A stretch of 61,824 nucleotides of DNA, the filler included, from Bipalium vagum (lineage: Eukaryota): the NCBI GenBank assembly GCA_037834085.1. It is 3 parts of 3 records of this genome, joined end to end, with 100 filler letters (N's around TTAATTAATTAA, not from the genome) between each part and the next. Parts side by side here need not be neighbours in the genome. Positions count along the whole stretch, not along the records: positions 38,616 to 61,824 come from JBBMKC010212038.1; 2 more parts are not named here. One strand, given 5' to 3'. Of this stretch, positions 42,201 to 54,200 are shown piece by piece. A program made the translations under genes and the position numbers. The notes beneath the pieces were generated by a model. The model ran no database searches. It saw only the letters and a program-made list of their open reading frames with translations, and was not told where the DNA came from. The first letter of the stretch is position 1. Each line of letters begins with the position of its first letter.

Positions 42201-45200
42201 AGATATAAAAAATAAATTTTGTCGCTACTGGATAGTCCTTACGAACGATTGTCACTATGACAACTTAATGAAGCCTGGTTACGGTTTTCATTGGTCAGCC
42301 GAAAATGTATTGGTCCAATAGAAATCTATTATCAAGTCATTTGAGAATGAAAGAAATGGACGACAGATTCTCATATTGAAAAGTCCTGAGTTTTCAAGAA
42401 TTGATATTTCCCGAAAGGATCTAGCAAAACGATAATTCATCAGGGTCTTTTGAACCCATTTGTCGACTTTCCGGACCACTAGTAACATCCACAAACCACA
42501 GTTCAGTCGAACCTGTTATGATTGATATTTCCTAACTCTTAATTAATACTCAACATTTTCGTTGTGTCCTCGATATAAATTATGTGTAGCTCATGTCTAA
42601 ATTTTATCCATTCTTTTTCAGATAAACCAGTAAATTTCTCCATTTCTCCGAACGACACCGATTTTTACATGAAGGATGAGGAGCTGAACTTTTATTGTTC
42701 AGTCGAGCCTCCGGAAGTGATAACCCAAAACATGATCAGTCTATACTTTAATTCGACGTACCAACCTTTTGTCCGAAAATCGGTCGGCCACATTTACATA
42801 AAAGAAGTTCTCCAACCGTACCCAAAAATCTGCTTCTTTTGTGGCTATGCGCAAAAAAATCTAGATTCACGTTGCTATACGACTTTCGGTAAGTTTTCAT
42901 CACAGATTTTTTGAGGAACAACACGTCGTTCGCCAAACTTGTTTCCAATAATGTAACCCATTGCTATCATAACGTCAGCGAAATTCTTTTGACCTTACCT
43001 GGCCGCTCACTGACCGAAACTGGCTTAACTTGATTATTTGTTTTCTCGTGCCATTAGGGATTAACGGTTTCATTTGGTTTTGGATGTTCATAGTAAAAAA
43101 TACCTTTCTGGTCCGACTAAGCGAAATGTCTTCTTTTACACAGCAATTCGGAATTGAAATTGTTGACTACCGATTTGAATAGACCTTCGATTTTCTCTTT
43201 TGACAGTTGTCAAACAAACCCACCTTTCTTCTCTTGTCGTAAAGTCTTCTTGATCTTGAACCAATATTCTTCAATTATCACATTTCTTTTTCGTCCTGTT
43301 AGTTGGTCTGACATCCCTTTAGCTTTTCTTCAAAATATAAAAATCATTTTAAAATTCCCAAAGATGTTATTTGTGGAATTAATCTCGACATTGTTTGGTG
43401 TAAGAATGCTTATAATAAAATATCTCTTTTTTCATCTTTAAAAGGAAGTAAGACTGAGAAAAAATGATAATACGAAAACCCAGACCGAGGTCCATTCCAT
43501 GTTATCTTTTGTCCCTGGGATGAGGATGAATATCTCCATGTCTGAACAATAATTCCATGATATCTATTGTTAGACGAGACCTGATGAAATCGAATCTTGT
43601 TACTTTTCTAATTCTTGTAACAAGTAATAGACCATTTCAGACCGATCAACATTGTACGAAAACCACAGGTCAAGAGAACCGAGGAACAATTGCTATTTCG
43701 GAATTAGGGTCTTCATGTAGACAAAGTGTTGATAAGTCACTAAACAAACAATTTTATTCATTTTTCTTGATTATAGAGAGCGTCTTAAATAGGAAAATAG
43801 TAGACAACACCACCAGCATCGCTATTTTTAGCTTCAAGTATTCTTCATTTGTCCTGAAGGCGAATTTCAGTCGTCCTGAAACAAGGTGGTATTTGTTCTG
43901 ATCGCCTTCGTTTGGGGTAGCAGTCAGATGACTCAACGTTCCATCACAAGCACTGCATTATGCGGAATCGCGACAATCCGTAAACAGTAGGAATTGCTAG
44001 AAATCAAAATGCATCACCAAATTAGAATTTTTGGATAGCAAAGTGTTTTAAAATGTGTTTGTCTGAGAGGCTATCCTGAGAACATTGCATATCATGAATT
44101 TACATCCATCACCGATGAGTTGAATGCAAGAATTGTGGACACATGTCCTGAAATAAATGAATCAATTCTCTGGGTGAAGTAATGGAAAGCAGTATTTCTT
44201 TATAGTTTCATGATATATTGAAATAATAATATGAATGGGTTTTTGAGCGATTGTCAGTTGTGGTTTTCAGACATTTACACAAGACTAAAGTTGTCCAGTG
44301 ATTTATCGACCACTCCGTATGTGGCTTCATGGTCTTCAAATGAAACAAATCTTTTCACTGTAGACTCCACAGCACCTCTTAATTTTCAGATGACCTTTCT
44401 TATTTATCAGAATTTTCTAAGCTTAAAAGGGCATAAATACAACCAATACATCACACATGAGAGGGGAATACAATGAGCACAAATTGACATCTTCATTGAA
44501 CTATGAAGACGTTCATGTTTTCAACTTTTTCTGATATCTTAAGGTCTTGGGCAAGCTATCGAGAGTCTTTTGCAAATTTCCTCTTATTCGAATTGTTTGA
44601 TCATTTTGAACATGTTCTCTTCATTTGGATCGCTTACAGTAATTCTAGAAACCTTTGAAGAGGGTGTGAACTTCTTTTGCGAGGAAACTGTTCTTCTAGT
44701 CCGTCACAATTTGCCATAAAAACTTTCATAATCTTTAGGAATAGTAAAAATCTACCGTTTCTTGACCTTCACAAGGCCAAAAGTCTTGGCAACAAGTTAT
44801 AAGCAATGGTGTAGAGGTAATGAGAAACAATTATCAATTCTGGTCTTCTTCTTAGATAAGCCTGTGGTTGTCAATATCAAACCAAACAATTCCGAGGTGT
44901 ATTTGTCCAAACAAGTTCTCAATGTAACTTGTGAAATCGGACCTGAAAAATACCTAACAAAAGAAATAAGGCCCAAATTATTCTTCTCTTGGCATAATGG
45001 ATCGCGCTCAAGTCAGTCGTCTTTCTTCTATACTCTGAAGGGTGACAATGTTGGTACCGCCTGCTTCAGTTGTGGGATCACCACTATCATTGTCAAACAC
45101 AAGTGCTACAGATATTTTAGTATGAGCAGATTTCCTTCATGAAACAATTTCAAGATATATTTAGCTAAGAAGACCTCCATCTACATAGAGCCAAGCGATA

Positions 45201-48200
45201 CCAATATCTACATGGGCACTGCTGAGATGAACGTTACTTGCCACGCCGAACCTCCGGAACTTATTATTGAGAAGTTGATGACAAGGATTGATTTCACCTT
45301 CCACAATTCAACCTTGGACCAGTTAGAACCGAGGATTATCACGGTGAAAGGCATCTCGATTCAGAGAATATGTTTCCAATGTAGCCATGTGATGCTGGGG
45401 ACAGCGACAAGGTGCTACGACTACTACGGTATTGTGATTTTATTGTCATTTTATTAATATTAATGACATTGTACAAAACTTCTTCATTTGTTTTACTCTT
45501 TTTAGACCAACCCGTCAGTGTTAAAATCAAGCCGGATGATGTTGGCATTTATCTGTATAAGAAGGTCATGATTGTGACTTGCACGGTGTCGCCACCGGAT
45601 GTTGTTAACGATCAAAAAATAAAGGGAATAAAATTCATTTACAATAACTCAACCTTCCGACCTACTTCCGACCGTCAGATAATCATCACTGGCAGGGATG
45701 AAGGAACCATTTGCTTTCAATGTGGTCATGCTCTGCTGACTGCCGATACCCGCTGCTACGAGTACTACGGCAAGTTTTATATTTATCATTAATATTTGTT
45801 TCCTTTTGTTATCATTATGTCTGGAAAAAAGTTTTGAATTATTTCGAAACCAAAAGAATGGATTAAAATGAAGAGACTTTAGTGATTGATCTATTTCTTC
45901 GGATTTTATCTGACTCTCGTTTGAAAACTTCAGAAATAAAAACTGATAATAAAATTTATTCAACAATCATGATGTCCTTTAATAATCTCTCCTTTTTAGA
46001 TGAAGAGGTCCACATCACCATACAACCCGTAGATAAAAATATATATCTCCCAAATAAACTAATGACGGTGTATTGTACCGTAAAACCAGAGGATGCCGAC
46101 TTAAGACTGGAGGGGATAGATTTCTTTTTTTATTTCCCACAGACAAAGGTCCAAAAACAATATCGAAATATAACGTTTTCCCAAATCACAGAAAGATTTT
46201 GCGCAATCTGCGGACACCCGGCTGTTGGAAACGTTACGAAATGTTTGGACTACTTTGGTAAGAATTTCTTTACATGTTAATATTGTCAAAATATTTTCAA
46301 ACAGTTCGTCATTTTTCATCATTCTTCAGTATAAAATTGATTTATCCATTTCAAAAGAACCGCACGAACTTTATTGGTTACTTAATAAATGAAATATGTT
46401 GCATGTGTTACAAAAACCAATTAGAATTAGTTGACTTATCAAAATGGGAGAAGTCATTTTCCACGAAGGAAATTGTTTCAGTCAAAGCGTACAAAGATTG
46501 TGATTGACAAATCGGGAATTTGGTGAGACATTGATCAGATCACACCATGTGATCAACAATTACTTGAAATTAAAGGAGAATTATGGCGGAAACTGGAAAC
46601 CATTCGGCACGTTGAAATTAAATATTTAAACGAACTGTGGAGGTTGCGGTTTATAAAATGATAAATTATTCCAGATAAACGTAGAAAAGATAAAGTTTCT
46701 CATTTAATTTCGTCTGTGACAGTAATCAAACTTGGGAAACGCCCCTTCCGGGCTTAGGTCGAAAGACAGCATGGGAATCATAATACGGAAAGGATGTGTA
46801 GAGACCAAATTTAATGTCTGATTTGATGATGGAATGAATTGGGAAAATATAGGACATTATTGTCGTAATAATCGGGGTTCGCCAGTTTCAGAATTTATTC
46901 AGTTGACCGGGTCACCCAAAGGTCACACAGGAAATACATTTATAAACAATATGCATTGAGAATAAGATAGATGAATAACATGTACATAACACCGGGGTTA
47001 AGTACAATTATATATTGATCTTTAAATGCTTTAACTTGCATCGTTTAATTTGTTGTTTACTCCTATCATAGAACATTATTTGTTATTTCAGACAAGAAAG
47101 CCTCGTTCTTAATCACTCCAAACGACACGGAATTTTACTTCAAAGACACCAGATTGAACTTCCATTGCATTGTGACACCAGACGAACTGGTCACAAAAAA
47201 CATGATCACCTTGACGTTCAATACAACCTACGAAACCTTCGTTTATAAAACCGTTACACACATTTACATCAAAGAAGTCATTGATCCGTATCCTGAGATC
47301 TGCTTCCAATGTGGTTTTGAGGAACTCGGCTTTGATTCACGGTGCTACACACTTTTCAGTAAGTTCACTTCACTTTTTGTTTTTAAAATTTGGATGAAGA
47401 CTTTGACTTTACCATTTACTCTACCTTACGCTTTTTTTCTCAAGCTTTATGTAAAAATTGTTCCCATGAAATACGAGGGGAGGTTTCCTAATTTTTCACT
47501 GCTATTTCAGATATGTCGATGGTGGTAGATATCTTACCAAACAATTCCGAGGTGTATTTATCTAAAAAGCTGCTCAATGTAACGTGTGAAATCGGTCCTG
47601 AGGTATACCTAACGAAAGAAGTCAGGCAACGAATATTCTTCACTTGGAACAATGGCACAGGATCAAGCAAAACATCTTTGTTTTATATTCTGAGAGGTGA
47701 CAACAAGGGTCTCGTCTGCTTCACCTGTGGTATTTCAAACGTCCTCAACAAAACAAAGTGCTACATATATTATGGTATGATACAATTTTTTCATGGATGA
47801 AATAAGTTCAAGATATGTTTAGGTAAGATAACCTCTATCTACATAGAACCCAATGACACAATGATTTATCTGAACGGTGTTGAAATGAACGTCGTTTGTA
47901 AAGTGGATCCAGAGGAAATCATCACCGACAACTTGATGTCCGGAATTGATTTCACCTTCCACAATTCAACTTTGGATCAGATTGAACCGAGGGTTTTCAC
48001 GGTGAAAGACATTTCGATTGAGAGAATATGTTTCCAATGTAGCCATGTGATGCTGGGGACAGCGACGAGGTGCTACGACTACTACGGTATTATGATTTTA
48101 TTGTCATTTTAAAAGTGAGTCTAAAATTACCGTTTCGGGGCTTCAGTAATAAACTGTTGATATTTTCGAGAGTCAAATATCATTCCAATAAAGGGTACTT

Positions 48201-51200
48201 CGTTGTAAAGTTGGAACAATTAATCAAGATGATTTCAACTGGCTACAATTTTGCTTTTGGTGTCCTTTGGTCTCTTCCTCGCAAACAGGCATACTGAAAA
48301 GTGTATTTGTTTGAATACCATTTGTCAACTGGTTTGAAGGTCAACGTAAAATGACCTTGTTAAGATTGTGAATACTTTTAAATATGTTTCAACTTTGTCT
48401 CTGTCTAAATTAGAGCTTTCTTTGTGACAATGAAACGCGCTTGGGTTACTCTGATACTCAAATATCAGTGATGACCATTCCAAAGAAATATTTCTTTGCA
48501 TAACATCTTTTATTTGCGTTTTCTTAATATTATTAGGGTTACTCTGTAAATGTATTAAAATTGTACATTTTACCTTTTCGATTATTTTCAGTTTTCAGAG
48601 AACTTAAATCACAAGAGAACATCTTATTAAATAATGTGAAGGCACAATATAATTCTTTAATTTTTCCCTTCATTCAATTCTTACACCTTTCTTTAATATT
48701 ATTATCTTTACTTTGTCTAGATCCATCAGTCAGTGTCAAAATCAAGCCGGACGATATTTACGTTTATTTGCTCAATAAGGTTATGATTGTGACTTGCATA
48801 GTGACGCCACCGGAAGTTGCTGACCAAGGAAAAATTAAGGGAATAAAATTCATTTACAATAACTCAACCTTCATCCCTACCTCAGACCGTCAAATAATCA
48901 TCACTGGCAGGGATGAAGGAACCATTTGCTTTCAATGCGGTCATAAGTTGTTGAACAACGATACTCGATGCTACGAGTACTACGGTAAGTTTTATATTTA
49001 TCAAACTTTTATTAATCCTTTTTTGATTTTACATTATAACTTGAGTTACTGCTATACTCAAAATGTAACGTCGTGATTGTAAACTCTTAGTACTCACTTA
49101 GTTATTCTCGTGTTCGTGAATCAAAATAACAGTAATACAATTTACTCCCAATAACCCTCAATAAATCAAAATAATTATATAAACTTCTTTTATTACAAAA
49201 TAAATTCCAGAAATCGATTACTGCACAAACTAAAATCAATGTCAAATTTCATGCTGAAAAACACAAAATCCAATTAATGCCAAATTATGTTATGACTTAT
49301 TTAACTTTCAAATCGAAATAATTACTTAAAATGAAAAGGAAATAAAATAATATCTTTCTCACCGATGCTGTCAACGGGCTCCCGGGTCGTCCGCAAGCCA
49401 TTTATCGTTGTCTAGAGGTTCCAGGGACCAATCTGTACGGGACCCATCGAAAAATCCTGCTACTTCTTGTTCCTGAAAGAGAATTAACTACAATCAGTGG
49501 CAATTTTTCCGACGCAAAAACAATTTTGAAACAATCTGCTTCAATAATCTTCCCAAGCAAGATAATTAATTGTAGAACTACATGAACAGAATTAATTGAA
49601 GGACTACTACTCTGTCTTTAGCAAATTTCTAAACTAAATTCTGCCCTTGTAGTAGTAGTTGGTCGACAACCGCAAATCTCTATTTTTGGAAGGTTATTTC
49701 CTCGAATAGCTCATTAATTCGTCATCTCGACAACGAGATAAGATTTAATAAAATTATTATTATTATTACACATATTTTTCGACCTAAGAAAGAGAACATT
49801 TGTTTTGTTAAGTGAAAAAAAATATTGCTAAAAAAGTTTAATGTATCCTATTTAGAAAAAGATGTCAAGATCACCATTACTCCCGTAGACCGAAATATAC
49901 ATCTCCCGAACAAGCCTATGTCTTTGAGCTGCATCGTAGAGCCACAGGAAGTTGAAACGAAACTGGAGGGTTTAGATTTCTTTCATTATTTTCCAAAGAA
50001 AAATGTTCAGAAGCAATATCGGTATATATATTTTTCCCAAATCACAGACAGATTTTGCGCAATCTGCGGACATCCGGCGGTGGGAAACGTTACGAAATGT
50101 TTGGACTACTTTGGTAGGATTTTTTTTAAGAATATTTCCCAACGATCTTTGCTTTTCATCTTTCTTCGTTTTTAAAATTATACAGCGGGCTCTTCTCCAA
50201 AACAAGCGAATTGTAAAATAAAATAATAATATTTGTTCCCTTTTTCAGACCAGACAGCCTCGTTCACAATCTTTCCAAATGACACTGGATTTTACTTCAA
50301 GCAGTCAGAAATCAACGTCCATTGTACTGTAACACCACCAGAACTGATCACAAAAGATATGATCACTCTAACGTTCAATACGACCTACCAGACTTTCACC
50401 AGGACATCCCTGACGCACATTTTCATCAAAGAAATCACTGATCCATATCCTGAGATCTGTTTCAAATGTGGTTTTGAGGACTTTGGCTTTGATTCACGAT
50501 GTTACAATCTTTTCGGTAAGAATCTTTCATTAATTAATTGAAAATTAATTGTAGAAGATAGTTTCTGTGAAGAAGAAATACTAATAAAAGAATTAATTCA
50601 TAGGGTTTGGTCATTAGCATCAGACTACTTAGAGAAAAGCAAATACTGAATGTCATCAAGGAAAGATTATCAAAGAAGACATATTCTGACAGAACAATAG
50701 AACAGATCATCATTGATAGGATTAACACATTAATAATTGAGACATACGTCACCAAAGGGATTGAAATTCACAAGAATTTAGATAAAAGAAATATTAATTT
50801 TCAAAATTGTTTAGAGCTTTCAAGAAGTAATAGAGAGACCTCTACGACATGAAGATCTAAAGATGATTTCAATCACAGCGAAAACCATTAAATACATAAA
50901 AAAATTAAACTCGTGCAATGTTGCCACCAATATATTGTACCAAGTTAAATGTCATTTGAACAATAGCCTATACAGCGGGTGAGACAGCGTCACCTCTTAA
51001 CACGGATTAGTGAGCACACACAATTATGCAGAGCTAGTAAAATCTTACATCATTTAATGAGCTGCTTGGCACGAAACACTAAACCTAATGCAAAGGAAAC
51101 TTAGAACATTTACCAATTGAACTGACGAAAACGTTTATTTGGACCTAACCTTTTTGACTGTTTAAATTAAGTGATGAGAGATGTTGTTTATTACTTCCTC

Positions 51201-54200
51201 CTTTTAGATAGAAATATGGTCGTCAACATCTTACCAAGCAATTCAGAAGTTTACTTGTCAAAAAAGCCCCTCAATGTCGCTTGTGAAATTACACCAGAAG
51301 ACTACCTAACGACACAGGTAAGGCAAAGAATTTTCTTCACTTGGAACAATGGCACAGGGTCCAGTTCAACATCTTTGTTACATACTTTGCAAGGTGATAA
51401 CAGAGGTACCGTCTGCTTCAGTTGTGGGATTACTACCGTCGTTGTCAAATACAAGTGTTACCGATTTTATGGTATCTATGACCCTTTGTTTATAAAGGAC
51501 GAATATCAACACTTGTTAAGGAAAGAAAACGTCTATCTATATTGAGCCCAGCAATACCAAAATCTACCTGAGCAATGTTGAGATGAATGTTATTTGTAAG
51601 GTGGACCCAGAGGAAATCATCACCGACAACTTGATGTCGGGAATAGATTTCACCTTCCACAATTCAACCTTGGACCAGTTTGAACCGAGGCTTTTCACTG
51701 TGAAAGGCATCTCGCTTGAGAGAATTTGTTTCCAGTGTGGCCATTTGTTATTGGGGACAGCGACAAGGTGCTACGACTACTACGGTATTATGATTTTATT
51801 GTCATTTTATTAATCTTAATGACTTTGCAAGAAAAATCTTCATTCGTTATACTCTTCCTAGACCAACCCGTCAGTGTTAAAATCAAGCCGGATGATGTTA
51901 ACGTTTATTTCACCAGGAAAGTATTGACTGTGACCTGCATCGTTACGCCGCCCGATATAATTCAGGATCGAAAAATAGATGGAATCAAATTCATTTATAA
52001 CAATTCGACCTACACACCTTCCTCAGACCGTCAAATAATCATCACTGGCAGGGATGTAGGAACCATTTGCTTTCAATGTGGTCATGCGCTGCTGACTTCC
52101 GATACCCGCTGCTACGAGTACTACGGCAAGTTTTATGTTTAATTTTGTCATCATCATCATCATTTTTTTTATCCTCAGCAAAGACTTTAATAATTGATCC
52201 GATTTAGACAAAGGGTACAATATCATTATAAGTCCCATAGACAGAAATATATACCTTCCAGGAGAACGTATGGTTCTGACATGCTCTCTAGACCCTGAAG
52301 ACTTGGGCTCAAAAGTTGAAGGGGTGGACTTTATTTATTATTCACCAAAGACAAATGTTGAGGTTCATTACCGTCAACTTCAATTTTGGGACATCAAAGA
52401 CAAGTTTTGCGCAACTTGTGGACATCCATTCGTTGGAAACGTTTCGAAATGTTTGGATTACTTTAGTAAGTGCTGTTTGATTTGATTTTGTTAATATCGC
52501 CTCCATATAAATGTCAATTATCTTCATTATTATTTCTCAAATTGTAACATTTCAATGAAAGGGTAACACTGGTATCTGGTGCAACATTAATATTTTGACC
52601 TATTATTGAAAATCGGTATTATATGGAGCTATTTGTTACCTAGGAAAAAATTCTTCAGAACTCAATTATAACGCTTCTTGATAAGACATATGTGACTTAA
52701 ATGAATGTGCTATGCTGAAAGTTTATGGTTTGATAGTTTATTGTAGTTCATATGTGATTGGTAAATGTGATTGGTGGGAAAGTCAGGGCACGACGTCAAA
52801 ATTTAATATTTTTAAACAACTATTTTTAGTAACAAAAATATTTGAAAATATATTGCTCTTTTATTTTGCAGACCAAACGGCTACGTTCGAAATCACTCCA
52901 AACGACACGGAATTTTACTTCAAGCAAACTGAAATCAACGTTCATTGCATCGTTACCCCAATAGAACTGGTCACGAAAAATATGATCATTCTAACTTTCA
53001 ATACGACCTACAGCACTTTTATTCGGAGATCTGCTACACATATTTATCTCAAAGAAGTCATTGCGCCGTTTCCGGACATCTGCTTCAAATGTGGCTTTAC
53101 AGCACTAGGTTTTGATTCACGGTGTTACACGGTTTTCGGTAAGTACTTATCGTTGAGGGACCCTCGGAATTCCCAACCATGACGACGTTCTTGCAAGTAA
53201 ACATCAACAAATAATCATTTTTTTGTTCCCTAGCTCATCTTAATGAACCATTTTGTCGGTTTGGCTAAAGGGCTTTAATTGTCAGGTTATAATATTGGTT
53301 ATCTATTGTTTCCCGCCTTCATAGATATGCGGATCGAGATCCACATCTTACCGAACACTTCGGAAATTTATTTGTCTAAAAGGATTCTCAATATAACTTG
53401 TGAAATTGGACCTGCTCAATACATGACGCCGGAAGTACAGAAAAGAGTATTTTTTTCCTGGAAAAACGGCACGGGAACGAGCAAAACAATTTTGACCTAT
53501 ACTTTGAGAGGTACTAATGATGGTCTTGTCTGCTTCACCTGTGGTATCAAAACTGTTACAGTCAAGCACAGATGCTACAGATACTACGGTATGTATTCAT
53601 GCTCTACTGACATGATCTTATTTCGAGGACTGTTAAGACAAGAAAGCTTCGGTCCAAATTGAGCCCAATGACACGAAAATCTATCTGAGCGACGTTGACA
53701 TGAAGGTGGTCTGCAGGGTGGAGCCAGAAGAAATTGTCACTGACAACCTGATCACAGAAATCGACTTCACCTTCAACAACTCTACTTTGGACCAGATAGA
53801 GCCGAGAATTATCATCTTAAAGGGCATAACCGTCGAGAGGATATGTTTGCAGTGTGGCCATATTGTACTGGGTACTGCCACAAGGTGCTACGACTACTAC
53901 GGTATTGTGATTTTATTATTATTATGTTCTATGTCCAACTGGGACCAATTTTCATTCCGTTCTTAACATTTTGTTGACGGCGCACGTTGAGGAAACGTGA
54001 CATCGTGTGACTAAATTGAAAATAAAAAAGAAATGAAAATGTTTTCGATAAAAACAAAATAAATTAATCAAATAATTAGTTAATAAAAGTAATTTGATTA
54101 ATAGGAAAATATTAAAAGCACAAAAACAAGACCAACCAAAACTAATGAAGATTGAGTAGTTGAGATGACAACATTCTGACAAACCTGGCTCAGTGAACAC

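Noticed and set aside
46290-47001. piggyBac relic in intron E1-A2 ending GGG|TTAA
   Set aside because: The protein resemblance is faint and I found no partner end, so it is not secure enough to list.
49064-49770. Solo LTR (TGT...ACA) in intron D2-E2; similar candidates near 500-840 and 41230-41570
   Set aside because: There is no matching target-site duplication or second copy in the window. These are plausible but unsupported.
44856-53901. Dscam-style sterically enforced mutually exclusive splicing of B versus C exons
   Set aside because: The glypican gene in this window has 34-51 nt introns, so 45-49 nt introns are spliceable. Neighbouring exons belong to different classes in a fixed cycle rather than forming clusters of like variants. 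I saw no docking or selector sequences.
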